Positions 1-12,680 are shown, counted from the stretch's first letter. The stretch is DNA of 64,000 nt from Octopus sinensis (GCF_006345805.1 NC_043005.1:100378001-100442000); one strand, 5' to 3'. The notes: generated from the sequence alone by a model not told the origin. Numbers and translations are program-made.

Positions 1-1000
1 TTGCATCTCCTCTTCTTCTGTCGTTTCTTTTTCCCTTTGGTTCTCTTTGGTTCTTCCTCTTTTGGGGCTTCCGCGACGATTCCTTTTCTTTTTCCTTTGG
101 TGGGGGAGGGCAGTAGGCTCTTATGTGACCCCTCAGGCCACACTTGTAGCACCTGGGCGCCCTACCCTCCACCCCACTCTCATAATAATATTTCCAGTTT
201 TTATACTGTCCGTAAGCTTTTCTATAACTTCCGCCTCCGTCTGTATGTTCATTACTAGTGTGGCACCTCTCACGCCTTCATATTTCATAATGGCGTGGAG
301 GATGTCCACTTTATCTTCATTTCCTTTGATAACCGCAGCCGTTATTAATTCGCCCTCTAGGTGTGGCGGTATTCTTCCACCCTAATTCTGGTGGTCCTTC
401 TATTCAAATACGAGGGGAATAAGTAAAACTTTTCTGTACTCACCACCTTGGCTGCTATATTCCTGGCTGCTTTCTCACTTTTAAATTGTACCGTTATGGT
501 TCCATATTCTAATCCTTTTGTCATGTACACAATTTCTTCTCCTGTCTGTTTGAAAGCCTCTTCAATTGCTTCCATGTTAATCACTTCCATTTTTCTACCT
601 CCATTCATAAATACTTTATATTTAATGGTTCTACGATGGAACCAGTCTCCGCGCCCTGCTAGAGGCAACAGCTCAACCTCTCCGTCTCCTCCTCCTTCAT
701 GAACTCCTGGAAGTCCGTCAACTTAGCCAGGTCTATCTCTTTTTCTGTTGACTTCTTCGTTATACCTGCGTAGGTGCTTTCCATTTTTTCACCGCCAACT
801 CCTCCTCCGATGTCGACGAATTTTCAGAGAAATTTCTCCCTTCCATCTCATCCGTTTGGTAGAGGCGGCTCATAGTCGCCTCAGACCGAAAAACGGCCTC
901 CCGAACAGAAAACGTGCGGCGCACAGAACCAGTGTGACGCGAAACCGCACCAACCGACGTTCCAATTCCGCAACCACAATTCACTTTTTGTTCTTTTTTC
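1..1000 (-). mobile_element. 5' part of a non-LTR retrotransposon: decayed gag-like ORF1 with CCHC zinc knuckle (L1/Tx1-like); continues off the window start
   Basis: Minus-strand frames join across frameshifts: ...TIKYKVF..EAIEEAF..YGTITVQFKSE..TRIRVEE / PPHLEGELITAAV.. / VEGRAPRCYKCGLRGHIRAYCPPPPKEKEKE. The CX2CX4HX4C knuckle is at 110-151. GC- and CpG-richer than the flanks. Clade is an inference. Confidence 0.75.
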
Positions 1001-1379
1001 TTTTTTAACCGAATTTTACAGAGCGCAAAGAAAACGCGACCTTTTTTCTCTACATTGTATACTTTATAGACAATAGTCTTTTCTTTAATTTAATTTTTTA
1101 TTATCCATCTGGACTATTCCATTTCTGCATGCTAATTTTATTTTTAATTTATTCCCATTCATGTGAAACCACTTATTCAAGTTCAAGTCATTGATGCAAT
1201 TTTATACTAATTGCTATTTTTACATTTTTTTTATGTTACGATTATATTATACTTTAGTTTGATTATAATTATTACTTACTACATATAATTCAATTGTTAT
1301 TATTATTTTTTTGTTAAAGTGAAAGTATCTGACATAAAATAGAGAAATGTTTTTGTTTCACTTTTAACACGTAATACTG

Positions 1380-1531
1380 AAATAGTGGAGAAGATATGAT
1401 ATTGCTATGGGCTCGCTCTAGGCAAGAAGTTGAACATTTTTTTTGCCTATGAAGCTACATGGACCCTAAGTAAGGCATGTGTAAAATTTGAATGAAATTG
1501 GTTGTGTAGTTCTCAAGTTTTAGGGAAACAC

Positions 1532-1562
<31 letters not shown>

Positions 1563-1587
1563 TTCTCAGTTTTATATATATAAAGAT
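1380..1587. mobile_element. Helitron/Helentron-like non-autonomous fragment with (ACAG)n and terminal 'acattctcagttttatatatataaagat'
   Basis: Layout (AAATTTGAATGAAATTGGTTG..., (GACA)n, TTTTATATATATAAAGAT end) resembles DINE-1/HINE-type elements. Recognised by pattern only. Confidence 0.4.
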
Positions 1588-2290
1588 AGCACCCAGTACA
1601 TAGACTACGGACATGATGAGGCACTGCTTTGAATTATGAATTATTTTCAGTCAAATGAATCGACCCCAGTGGTCAATCCTTAATTCATATCTGGCACTTC
1701 AACTTAATTTATATGAACCAATACAATATATTGTTATTTTACTGACCAAAATTAATCTAATTTTGTCTAGTTTCAACTTTCCATACATTGTGAAGAGGAA
1801 AATTTGGGTGTGTATATTTAAAATAAACATGATGTTCTGGTGATCTGATAAGCTAGCTAGATTTATTTGCATTACTTTGTGAATATTTTGTAATGCTGAT
1901 CATACATATTAACACAAATATGTAGGCATAATTTTTTCCATACTGAAATTAATATTATATTACACGAAAAGAGTAGGGAAATAGCTGTAATACAATGGAA
2001 ATTACATGGCTAAATAAATAGTTATTTAGCTCCTGATGTCACCAAGAGATGAATGCAAGAGAAGCTTTCCTTAGATTATATTTCTTCTCAATGTTCGTTT
2101 TGTATGCGCTTCGGTACTGGAGATATTTTCTTAGTTCACTTTGAATTTAACTAATTTTGGATCATCTTCAAAAATCATTGTGTTAACATGTATTTTCTGA
2201 TATATTAATTCGAATGATATTTTCTGTATCTGAATTTGTTGATACAACAAAAGTGATTGTCGGCTTTGTATGGTGAATTCCTCGCAGTGT

Positions 2291-2438
2291 TACTCATTTT
2301 TGCCAGCTGAGTGGACTGGAGCAACGTGAAATGAAGTGTTTTGCTCAAGCACACAACGCGTCGCCTGGTCCAGGAATCGAAACCACAATTTTACAATCAT
2401 GATGCTGACACCCTTACCACTAAGCCACGCACCTCCAC
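2291..2438 (-). mobile_element. tRNA-derived SINE, family C
   Basis: Reverse complement reads GTGGAGGTGCGTGGCTTAGTGG (box A) ...GGTTTCGATTCC (box B) ...TGAGCAAAACACTTCATTTCACGTTGCTCCAGTCCACTC. The same head recurs at 6551 and 22948. Confidence 0.8.
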
Positions 2439-2441
2439 ATA

Positions 2442-2482
<41 letters not shown>

Positions 2483-3075
2483 TATATTAGATATAAGTTT
2501 TCTACACACAAGGTTATGTTTTTACCACTCTCAGCACTAAAATAATTCAGTTATTTTACTGACAAATATTTTACAAGCAAAATATCATAACAGGATTTTT
2601 ACATTTTTGGCTTCTTCCATTAGACTTGTGGCATTAATCCTTACATTTTTCTGACATTGTATAATAAAAGAAAATAAATGATAAGGCTTCCTCTTTCTTA
2701 TCAACTCACAAAGGTACTGCACCATTAATTTTATTGCTGTTAGTAGTAGAAACACTCACTTGTATTTGGTGAAAATATATTTAACACATATCCTTTAGTT
2801 TATAAATGAAATTTCAATACTATAATGTTACTATCTTCTATTTCATGAATCATCTTTGGACTGAAGATAGAGGAAAGTAAGGGGGTAATAGCATTGAAAA
2901 TAGAGAGTGATTGAATTATATGCTAATGAGTGAAGCATGTTTTGTCCCAGTTAACTCCCATCTTGGCCTTCAATTTACAAGTCTGTCTTTGCTCATGGTT
3001 ATACAGGGTTGGCCAAAAGCCCCTGACAGTAAATCAAAACTATTTAATTCTAAGATTTATTTATGTTTAAAAAAA

Positions 3076-4370
3076 GGAGTGGCTGTATGGTAAGAAGCTT
3101 GCTTTCCAACCATATGGTTCCAGGTTCAGTCCCACTGTGCGACACCTTGGACAAGTGTCTTCTTCTATAGCCTCGGGCTGACCAAAGCCTTGTGAGTGGA
3201 TTTGGTATATGGAAACTGAAAGAAGCCCGTGGTATATCTTCTACATATGTGGGAAATTCTGTCTGTGGGTGTGTTTGTGGAGTTGTTAGCTAACTCCTAC
3301 ATTGTTTTATCGATTTTTATGAAACTTGACAGCCGAGTACAACTCATGTCCTGAAACCACATTGCATATTCAGATAGGGGCCCTGGAAGGGATCCTTATA
3401 TATATCTAATATATTTTATTTTAAAAACCAAGGGAAATAATCCATTTGCCACTGGAAGGAATTCTTATATATAGCCAAGGGAAATAACCCATTCATTTTC
3501 CTAAATTATTTGGTAAAAATGAAATTGAGCTTATTTCTTAGTATTTGAACTGTTAAAGTTATTTTTGCAATTTATCCAGTACAACCCTTAAACAGTGAAT
3601 AGTATTTTCCTAAACAATGGATCCACTTATTTTAGTCAGTGACTTATTCCCAAATGCACCAGCACCAGTGGCCCTGAGGGTTATATTCTCTGGGAATGCA
3701 TAAAAACCCTTTTCAGAGTTATTTATTTGAATTGTTATTATCTCATACCTGATTATCCTGTTATTACATAACATGTTTCATGATTTTAGTATACATACTT
3801 TATTAGTATTTCTTCCTGTATTCCATATACTCTGGGAATGCATTAAAGACATTTTCGGGGGTACTTTATTTGAATTCTTACTATTGGGTAACTAATTTCA
3901 TGTTATTACATAACTGACTTCACAATTTGAGTATTCATAACTTAGTGGGAATTCCTAAAAACAAGATCCTTTGTAAGACAGTTCGGCATTCTCTGTAAGT
4001 GCACAAAAACCGTTTTAAGGGTTACATACTTTGTATTGTTGTTATTGGATTAGTAAAACAATTATGAGAATGGAACCAAGGGATAAACCTTGCTTTCCTG
4101 GAAATTACCAGGTATGTCAGCTAGTATATAAATATTTGTGTGTATGTGTGTGCGTATATGTATATGTTTGTGTGCCTGTGTTTGTCCCCCACCATCACTT
4201 GACAACCGATGCTAGTGTCTCTACATCCCTGTAACTTAGTGGTCCTTCAAAAGACACCAATAGAATAAGTACTAGGCTTACAAAGAATAAGTCTTAGGGT
4301 CTATTTACTCAACTAAAAAAGTGGTGCTCCAGCATGGCTACAGTCAAATGCCTGAAACAAGTAAAAGAAT
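3076..4370 (+). mobile_element. SINE family A (CORE-type, OR1-like), split by a Helitron
   Basis: Head GGAGTGGCTGTATGGTAAG..GGTTCAGTCCCAC..ACCTTGGACAAGTGTCTTC at 3076-3236. The 3' half (GATAGAATAAGTACTAGG-like segment..GGTGCTCCAGCATGGC..GTAAAAGAAT) resumes at 4125. Confidence 0.85.
3237..4124 (+). mobile_element. Complete non-autonomous Helitron (888 bp)
   Basis: 5' TC at 3237 after A, subterminal hairpin CCTGG-AAATTA-CCAGG (4097-4112), 3' CTAG (4121-4124) followed by T. This is the canonical A^T target with no TSD. Confidence 0.8.
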
Positions 4371-4659
4371 AACTGAATGAATTTAATAAAAGCATCCAAA
4401 TATGAAACATCATGAAAACTGTTCAAACTGAAGTCCTTCTTGAACTATATATTTTTCCATTAGAGTCAATACAGAATTACAGATTAGCATTTATGGAATT
4501 TTGATTTACTGTCAGGTGACTTTTGGCCAACCCTATATTTTCTTCTGTTTTGGGATTTTTATCTTAATGTAGAATATTCATGTAATTAAGTATGTTGTAA
4601 CAAAACTACTGTATTTCAGAAATAAAATTTACACCCAGTAGTGGGGCTATGAAAGGGGT

Positions 4660-4980
4660 CTCAGGGTGTAGCATCCCTGCCTTTCTGAGCTAGTTTTCCA
4701 CCACATTCCTTAAAAATCATGGTAGAGGCCTTAGTCTTGGGACCACTCACATCTAGAAACTGAGGTTGGGAGTAAGCAAGGGCATGCTCCTCGTAGAAAA
4801 TCCAGCTCCAAACAAGACTCATGATAGCAAAGGAGAATGGGCATCAGCCAGCCAGCCCAAAGGTTGGGATGGGCTGCACCTGCCTCCCTTTATTGCTATG
4901 GCATTGAGGTAGTTCTGGCCACCCCTGTTAATGGGAACGAAACCCAGATTTAAAACACTGAATGATGATGATGATGATGG
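4660..4980 (+). mobile_element. Probable retroposon 3' end with (GAT)n tail
   Basis: GC-richer block containing GGGCATGCTCCTCGTAGAAAA (similar to the family D GGGCATCCAGCTGTAGAAA motif), ending in (GAT)n. Confidence 0.4.
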
Positions 4981-5540
4981 TTAAGTGATAAAAATTTTGC
5001 TTTCCAACTACATGGTTCTAGGTTCAGTTCCACTGTATGACACCTTGAACAAGTAAGTGTCTTCTACTGTAGCCTTGGGTCAACCAAAGCTTTGTGAGTG
5101 GATTTCATAGAAACTGAAAGAAACCCATCATATGTTTCTTTCAGCTTGCCTTTACTTTTACATGCTCTTGTGACCTGCTGTCCAGACCCCTTTAAACCAC
5201 TTTCCCAAATCCTTCTTCCTCAGGATGTTATTCCAATGAAGTTCCCAATCATATGTTTGTGTGTGTGTGTGTGTGTGTGCGTGTATGTGCATGTGTGCAC
5301 ATGTGTGTGTGTGTGTGTGTGCATGTATTGTGTCTATGTTTGTCCCTACCATTGCTTGACAACTGGTATTGGCTTGTTTACAGCCCTCTAACTCAGCAGT
5401 TCAGTACAAGAGACAAATAAAATTAGTACCAGGCTTAAAGAAAAAAAATGAGTTCTGAGGGTGATCCATTTGACTAAAATTTTTCAAGGCGATGCCCCAG
5501 CATGGCTGCAGTCTAATGACTAAAAGAACAAAAGAAAAAG
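4980..5540 (+). mobile_element. SINE family A carrying a 110-bp insertion
   Basis: Family A segments in order. Insert 5138-5247 is flanked by duplicated ATCATATGTTT (5127-5137, 5248-5258). Confidence 0.8.
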
Positions 5541-6032
5541 AAAACGATACTTTGCTATCTGAAGAAATGGAAGTCAGATAAAAGCCGATATCATGTTTAG
5601 AATGCTAAATACATTACAGTATTTAGCTTCACTTGAGATTTGTATTTATGTGTGTATGAGTGAAAGATAGTGGCCATATCAATAGATTACATCACTTCCT
5701 ATTGATCACTTTCACTTAGTATCCATGTGTGATCATCCATGTTGATCTCGTTCACAAATTCTAGTCAAATCAATATACTGTATCATTTACCCTTGAACAG
5801 TTCATGCCACATTATGATAAAATGGAATCAGGTTCAGACAAATTTCATTAAAGACAATTATTTTTTTGATGTCAAATAGTTTACGATTGTATTGATGGCA
5901 GGGAAATGAAGAGAATGAATAACTTTGTTAGTAAGCAGAATAATGACTAAGAATAATTCTTATCATATCTAGAATAAGCTTCAGATACATTAAAATATAT
6001 TAACAAAAACCAAATAATATTTAAGAACCAAA

Positions 6033-6436
6033 TCTCTCTATATATAAAGCTGAAGTTGTCTGTGTGTGTGTGGCAGGTTTTGTAGCCTTCAACTAACACT
6101 CTCTCCTCTGAGACTCTGCCGTGCAAGTTGACCAAAATTGAGAGTATGATAGAAGAAGGCTTGCTCTTCATTCCGTAGAAGAAAAAATTCAAATCGGACC
6201 ATGTTAAGACCAAAAATTATTTACATTAAAAAAAGTGCTTTTTTTCTATGAAAATCGCTATTTTTTACGATTTTTTTTACTGCTGTGTCGCCATTTTTCA
6301 GTGTATTTCAACCAGAAAAATGTTCACTTAAAGCGAATAACAAGCTACATAATGCAAATTTTTTACTTTTCAAAAATTCCAATTCTAAAGGGTTGAAAAG
6401 AAAACAAAGCCGAGCAACGCTGGGCTACAGTGCTAG
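6033..6436 (+). mobile_element. Complete non-autonomous Helitron (404 bp)
   Basis: A|TCTCTCTATATATAAAG 5' end, hairpin GCCGAGCAACGCTGGGC (6409-6425), CTAG 6433-6436 followed by T. Confidence 0.8.
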
Positions 6437-6550
6437 TTTGTATATACTTTGATGGATTGTTGCTTCAACCTTTGGTCCATGGCTGTGCTGTTCCTCAATA
6501 GGCCTTTTGTACTTCAGAGGTCTCTTGTTACCACCATTCAGGCTCTCTCG

Positions 6551-6700
6551 GTGGAGGCACATGGCTTAGTGGTTAGGGTGTTGGACTCATGATCATAAGA
6601 CTGAGGTTTCGATTCCTGGACAATTCAATGCATATTCTTCAGCAAAACACCTCACGTTGCTCCAGTCCACATGCAAGGAAACTGGGAAGCTCGAGAAGGC
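6551..6700 (+). mobile_element. tRNA-derived SINE, family C
   Basis: GTGGAGGCACATGGCTTAGTGG..GGTTTCGATTCCTGG..AGCAAAACACCTCACGTTGCTCCAGTCCAC. Confidence 0.8.
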
Positions 6701-6940
6701 AACTTTGCCTTTACTTTTACATGCTCTTGTGACCTGCTGCTCCAGACCCCTTAAACCACTTTCCCAAATCCTTCCTTCTCAGGATGTTATTCCACTGAAG
6801 TTCCCTTTTATGTTTTTTCTACAATTGTCAACCAACAGAAGTAAAAGCAACTGCACAAAAACCCTGCATTTCTGAAGGCAAAACACTCCTGTCTTCACGA
6901 TGATGATGATGATGATGATTATAATAATAATAATAATAAA

Positions 6941-7270
6941 ATACTTCATGCTAACAGAAACCACTCAACTTAGCTGTAATCTATAGTTTTAAACATGAAG
7001 TGGTTTATGTGACATAAAAAAAAGCACAGTGACTGATGAAGGGTTTTGAATAAAGATAATAACAAAATCAGATCACTGAGTTACAAAATAATAATAAATA
7101 ATAATATATAATAATAATAATAAAATACTTCATGCTAACAGAAACCACTCAACTTAGCTGTAATCTATAGTTTTAAACATGAAGTGGTTTATGTGACATA
7201 AAAAAAAGCACAGTGACTGATGAAGGGTTTTGAATAAAGATAATAACAAAATCAGATCACTGAGTTACAA

Positions 7271-7272
<2 letters not shown>
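6941..7272. repeat. Tandem duplication, 184-bp unit, bounded by (TAA)n
   Basis: ATACTTCATGCTAACAG...TGAGTTACAAAA occurs at 6941 and 7125, identical outside the microsatellite. Confidence 0.95.
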
Positions 7273-7311
<39 letters not shown>

Positions 7312-7813
7312 TAATAATGATAATGATAATAATAATAATAATGATAATGATAATAATGAAGATAAATAAAAAAAATAATAAAAATATAGAAATGAAATAG
7401 AGTTGTTTTTTTTAATTTGTAAAGTGAAGTTCCAGTAGAGGAAAATAACATCATTGACAAAATGGTTTCTGTTCTGTATTTCTTGGAATGTTGGTTGTTT
7501 AGTTTAACAAAAACAAAAATAAATCAGTAATCAGTCTAGTTGGAGCCTCACTCTTGTTCAGTAGGAAAATCCAACATTATTTCGAAAAACAAGTAAGGAT
7601 TAAAAGAAATGTATGTATAAAATATGCCACCTGGAGATGTGGTTTAATTATGAAATGTAGAAGACAAAAATTGACAATTTGAAGAAACTCTAATGCTGTT
7701 AGTGAAGTGTCCTCTTAAACATTAATTATTTTGTTTAAGAAATATGGAGAGAAAAAAAAGAAAAAAAGAGGAAGAAAACACAAAGACAGAAAAATTTAAA
7801 AAAACATTGTGAA

Positions 7814-7844
<31 letters not shown>

Positions 7845-8035
7845 TTACAAGAAAAAACTAAATTTGACTATAACTTAAGCAAGAGAAAAATAAAAGCGGT
7901 GCCTGATTAAAATAGACATGATAAAACATGGCATAGTTTCCCCAGTTGGTTTCAATTGAAAAGGAATTTCAGATGTAAGTTGGAGGGAAAAACTAAACAT
8001 AAAGCATGTAAAAAATTCATTTAGAAATTGTAAAA

Positions 8036-8143
8036 TTATTATTATTATTATTATTATTATCATTATTATTATCATTAATAATAATAATAATGATAATATT
8101 AATAATGATAATAATAATAATAATAATAACAATAACAATGATG

Positions 8144-8207
<64 letters not shown>

Positions 8208-8208
8208 T
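8036..8208. repeat. (ATT)n/(AAT)n microsatellite
   Basis: Directly visible trinucleotide runs. Confidence 0.95.
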
Positions 8209-9810
8209 AAAGACTTTTTTTTAGAATGTTATCGTTATTGGAAGTTGCTTGGAATATTGAATATTGGAGAAAATGTAAAACCATTGAATTACTGAGATGA
8301 AATTAAAAGAAATGATGAAATGGGAATAAACCGATTCTAAGAAAGAAATATCTATGCTGGTAAGAAGTGTGTGTAAGCGTGTTTGGATGAGCGTGTATGT
8401 GTGTGTGTGTATGTGTGTGTGTGTGTGTGTATGGTGGAAAAGGTATGGGTGAACATTAGACATTTCATTATGAAGATGTTGTGTACTGAGAGCAAGATAT
8501 AAACTATTAGATACATTATTTTTTTTCTTTTATTTTCTTCTGTTTCTTCTTCTGTCAGAAAGTAGGGTTAGGGTATGGCAAAGGTTGGTAATATATTGAA
8601 GACTTTCTTTGTCTCTTGCACTATTGGTGCTTCGTTCTAAGTTGGGTTGTTGTTTTTTGCTGTTGTTTGTTTGTTTGTTTAACATTTTAAAAATGTATGA
8701 AATAAAATTACAAAAGTAAACTAAAGCGAAAAAATAAACTTACAAGAGAAAACAAACACAACCCCCTCAGAACTGTAATAAAATAACATTTGAAAGACGT
8801 AGAATGTTTGGAGAAAGTTGCTTGTTATCTCGATTAAGTATTGTTGCAGGCAATCTTCAAATAAAAAGGAAGGGACTAGTTGTTGGAATAAAAATCAATT
8901 CCTGATATTTTATAGAGTTTTTCTTGTTTATATTTTGTATATTTGCAGCTTAAGTGCAACAGAGAAAGCTGCCTTGTTATGCTGCTGGGATAATAGCAAA
9001 GACGAAATATATATTGTATTAATTTATTTATTGAAAAACTTGTTGCTAACATACAAGTTGTAATTCAGAAGTAAGTCAATGTATACAAGATTCTAATCTA
9101 AAACTTTGATTTGAGAGATGAAGTTATTTACATGACAATGAATTCTAATTATTCCTTATGATTGTATCTTAGCTACAAAGCTCCTTCTTTTTGACTTGGG
9201 TGAATATTGTTGATATACTCAACCGCAACATATTACCAATATTCAGTCTGCTGACGTTAAAGAGATGACAAGTTACTGGCTTGGATAGTCGACTCTTTTT
9301 TTTAAATGCAATGCTCTCCTATAAATGACACATCGTTGCCATTTATCATATATGGCCTGTAGTAAAGCACCACTAGCACTACCACCACCAGCACCACCAC
9401 TACTACTACCACTATAATCATCATTGTCATCACCATCTCTGTCATCACCATCATCATCATCATCATCATCATAATCAGCTGCTCAAGAATTTGGACCTGG
9501 AGATCTCTATTTCCAGCGACTTTGAGGGCCACCTCCCAGTGGTTTCGGGTGTCAACAAAGAGCCCTCGACTACAACAAGATGACCAAAATTTTTTTTTTC
9601 CAAGGTCTGGGGTCTCCCACCCTTAAGCCCTAGACCATCACCTAATCACTCTTACACATCTTGTTGCTTAACAACAACAACAATCATAATCATTGTCATC
9701 ATTGCCATCATCACCATTACCATTGTCATTACAGTCATCATCATCATCAATGCTCACTTTGCCAAGTTTGCATGGTTCGGAAGAAAATTGTTGTGGCCAA
9801 TTTTTCGACA

Positions 9811-10032
9811 TATTTCTTTACTACCTACAAGGGGCTACACACAGAAGGGACAAACAAGGACAGACAAACGGATTAAGTCGATTATATCGATCCCAGTGTG
9901 TAACTGGTACTTATTTAATCGACCCCGAAAGTATGAAAGGCAAAGTCGACCTTGGCGGAATTTGAACTCAGAATGTAACGGTAGGCAAAATATGGCTAAG
10001 CATTTTGCCCAGTATGCTAATGTTACTGCCTT
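9811..10032 (-). mobile_element. SINE family B (Deu/Nin-domain type)
   Basis: Reverse complement contains TTCTGAGTTCAAATTCCGCC (box B), GACTTTGCCTTTCAT.CTTTCGGGGTCGATTAAATAAGTACCAG and the tail GTAGTAAAGAAATA. Confidence 0.85.
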
Positions 10033-10171
10033 AAAATAAAACTATATTGTTCATACAATTACATGAGTAAAAACCTTTTAAACAGATTGCATTATGAAAT
10101 ATTCAGATATCACAAAGTAAACATTAATAAATCTCTAAAGATCCGATCGTGTAACTTATTTATAAGCTATT

Positions 10172-10475
10172 AGCTGGCAGTAACGGGTGAAATGCTTAGT
10201 GGTATTTCATCTGTCTTTACGTTCTGAGTTCAAATTCCGCCGAGGTTGACTTTACCTTTCATCCTTTCGGGGTCGATTAAATAAGGACAAGTTACACACT
10301 GGGGTCGATATAATCAACTTAATCTGTTTGTCTGTCCTTGTTTGTCCTCTCTGTGTTTAGCCCCTTGTGGGTAGTAAAGAAATAGATATTTCATCTGTCT
10401 TTACGTACTGAGTTCAAATTCCACTGAGGTTTGTCCCCTGTGTGTAGCCCCTTGCAGGCAATAAAGAAATAAGAA
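10172..10475 (+). mobile_element. SINE family B, with partial second unit
   Basis: Same motifs on the + strand; a second, internally deleted unit spans 10385-10475. Confidence 0.85.
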
Positions 10476-10680
10476 ACGTTTCTGCTGCGGATACCCTTTG
10501 TATCACCAATTCTCAACTGTTTCTAAGTGAGGTAATATTTTCCTACAGTACAGTCCCACAAATACAAAGAGCCCCCCCCCCCAAAGCTAGACTTTTTTGC
10601 ACAGGGGATATTGCAAATAAACGATACAGCTTGTATGATGGTGACATTTGTTTACAATTAGGATGCATACCAAAACTCAC

Positions 10681-10716
<36 letters not shown>

Positions 10717-11072
10717 CGTTTCTCACTATTTTCAATCAATATATTCACAACCATTAGTAAAAATATTATTCCCTATCAAAGGATAATGACCAAAATGTTA
10801 GAATTTTCCTCTTTTTCATGACAAACTTAATATATTCTATCTTTGAAGTGTTTTAACTCCCTCATTGCCAGTACGGAGTGATACAAGTTTCCCCATAGCC
10901 TATTGTTTATTATTGAATCCATCAGTTATTATGATATAAACGAGAGAGGCAACTGTTCTTTAGAGAAGAGATGATCAAAGGTAAACTAGTATAACGAGTT
11001 TCCATTTAGGTGCACCGAGTGGAGTTTATATTAATGATAACTCTGGGAATGTAGATGATTGCATTTTGAAAT

Positions 11073-11590
11073 GATATGAGAGAGAGGGAGAAAGAGAGAA
11101 GGGAGGGAGAAAAGGGGGAGAGAGAGGTGAGAGAGGGAGAGAGAGGGGGGAAGAAAGAGAGAGGGGGAGAAAGAAAGAGGGGGAGAAAGAGAGAGCAATA
11201 GGAGAGAAAGAAGGAAAGAGAGAGGAGGAGAGAGAAGAGAGATCGAAATAGAGAGGAGAGAGAGAAGAGAGGAAAGAGAGAGGAAATGGAGAGGAGAGAG
11301 AGAAGAGAGAAAGAGAGAGGAAATGGAGAGGAGAGAGAGAAGAGAGAAAGAGAGAGAAGGGGAGGAGAGATCGAAACAGAGAGAGGAGAGAGAAAGAGAG
11401 ACGAGAGGAGAAGGAAAGATCAAAATAGAGAGGAGAGAGAGATGAGAGAAAGAGAAAGAAAAGAGGGGGAGGATAGATTGAATTAGAGAGGAGAGAAAAA
11501 GGGAGAGGAGAGAAAGAGAGAAAAGAGAGGGGAGGTGAGAGGGAAAGAGAGAGAGAGAGACAAAGACAGAGGGAGAGAAAGAGAAGAGAA
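11073..11590 (+). repeat. ~520-bp (GA)-rich polypurine tract
   Basis: Almost exclusively A/G on the + strand. Confidence 0.95.
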
Positions 11591-11599
11591 GTCCTCATC

Positions 11600-11945
11600 T
11601 ATAATTCACTGTCTGTATTTCTCCTGTCCCTTTTATGGGTATGAGACACTTCTAGGTGATGTCTTAAGCTCTTGAAGGCTTTAATACCCAGTGGCATTCA
11701 GATCCTTTTAGTGAAGCAGGGAAATACGATTCTATACAAAGATGCTGTCAAACCAATTCTTTTAACAAGCATCAAGCAAGATGGCTTGGACATGTTGCAC
11801 ATGTAGTGCCCATGTCTGATTCATGTGTTTCTTTTAGGAAACCCTATGACCAACTACACCATGGTCATCAGCTTCCTCAAGGACCAAATAAGTGATTCAA
11901 GGATCAGATGAAGACCACTTTGAAGAGGAATAACATCAACCCTTC
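11600..11945 (+). mobile_element. RTE-clade LINE fragment (C-terminal to RT)
   Basis: Translates to QARWLGHVAHV.PMSDS....YDQLHHG...QGPNK*FKDQMKTTLKRNNINP, matching the RTE RW.GHV.RM...PK..F.D.LK..L motif. Confidence 0.75.
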
Positions 11946-12160
11946 AAGGGTTAAGGGAACTTTTGCCAACCATTCTCATTATGTAATCGACTTAATCCCT
12001 TTGTCTGTCCTTGTTTGTCCCCTCTATGTTTAGCCCCATGTGGGCAATAAAAAAATAAGAAATTCCGGGTGAACATCAGTTCCGGCTGAGTATTATGGTC
12101 TCAAGCAGCCTACTTTGGCCAGAATCTCTCTCCACCAAACAACAACAACAATAACAACGA

Positions 12161-12263
12161 TCTAATATGATATTCTGAAAATATATATTTAGCTCTTAAT
12201 TAATTTCAAAATATAATTATAGTTGGCAAGGTGGTGGAGACAATGTAGGTAGTGATGCTAGTG
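12161..12263 (+). repeat. 103-bp perfect direct repeat, copy 1 (copy 2 at 14188-14290)
   Basis: TCTAATATGATATTC...GTGATGCTAGTG is base-identical in both copies. Confidence 0.95.
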
Positions 12264-12309
12264 TGGTGGTGGTGGTTGCAGCAGCAGCAGTGGTGTCGAT
12301 GACAAAGAT

Positions 12310-12680
12310 GAAACTGATAAAGGCAAAAATAGACAAATCTACAAAAAGTGCAAAGTGCAGAGTATGCAATAAGAAAGAGGAATCGTTTATGTAGAGAAGA
12401 AGTTCCTGTAGTCTTTTGGTACAAAAGAAACTTAGACACAAACAAGATTTATAGCGAAGGCACTAAACTGGGACATATTACAGCAAAGAGGATTTGAAGT
12501 AGGAAGAAAAGAGTACCAACAACAACCGCACCAACAACCAGAGATTTGAAGTGAGAATGATCAGTTTAAGACCATCTGATATTTTACAACACAGCCTGGT
12601 CGCAAACTTCATTCAAAGCAACCAGGTAAGAGGAGGAAAAGAATGCACCATCATAGATGTGGCTTTATCTGTGGATATGA
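12310..12680 (+). mobile_element. R4/Dong-type LINE: zinc knuckle and restriction-like endonuclease fragment
   Basis: KAKIDKSTKSAKCRVCNKKEES..., IAKALNWDIL..., ENDQFK, KECTIIDVALSVDMN, with frameshifts and stops. Confidence 0.75.

Larger units (their letters stand above)
3004..4535. mobile_element. Tc1/mariner-type non-autonomous element (host of a nested SINE and Helitron)
   Basis: Left TIR CAGGGTTGGCCAAAAGCCCCTGACAGTAAATCAAAA (3004-) matches the reverse complement of TTTTGATTTACTGTCAGGTGACTTTTGGCCAACCCTA (-4535). TA flanks at 3002-3003 and 4536-4537. Confidence 0.8.

Noticed and set aside
8521-8590. Strong plus-strand acceptor followed by KVGLGYGKG
   Set aside because: Too short to be meaningful; T-rich tracts are ubiquitous here.
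11026-11598. 190-aa Leu/Ser/Phe ORF (and 46204-46977, 257 aa)
   Set aside because: Antisense translation of GA tracts; low complexity with no domain.
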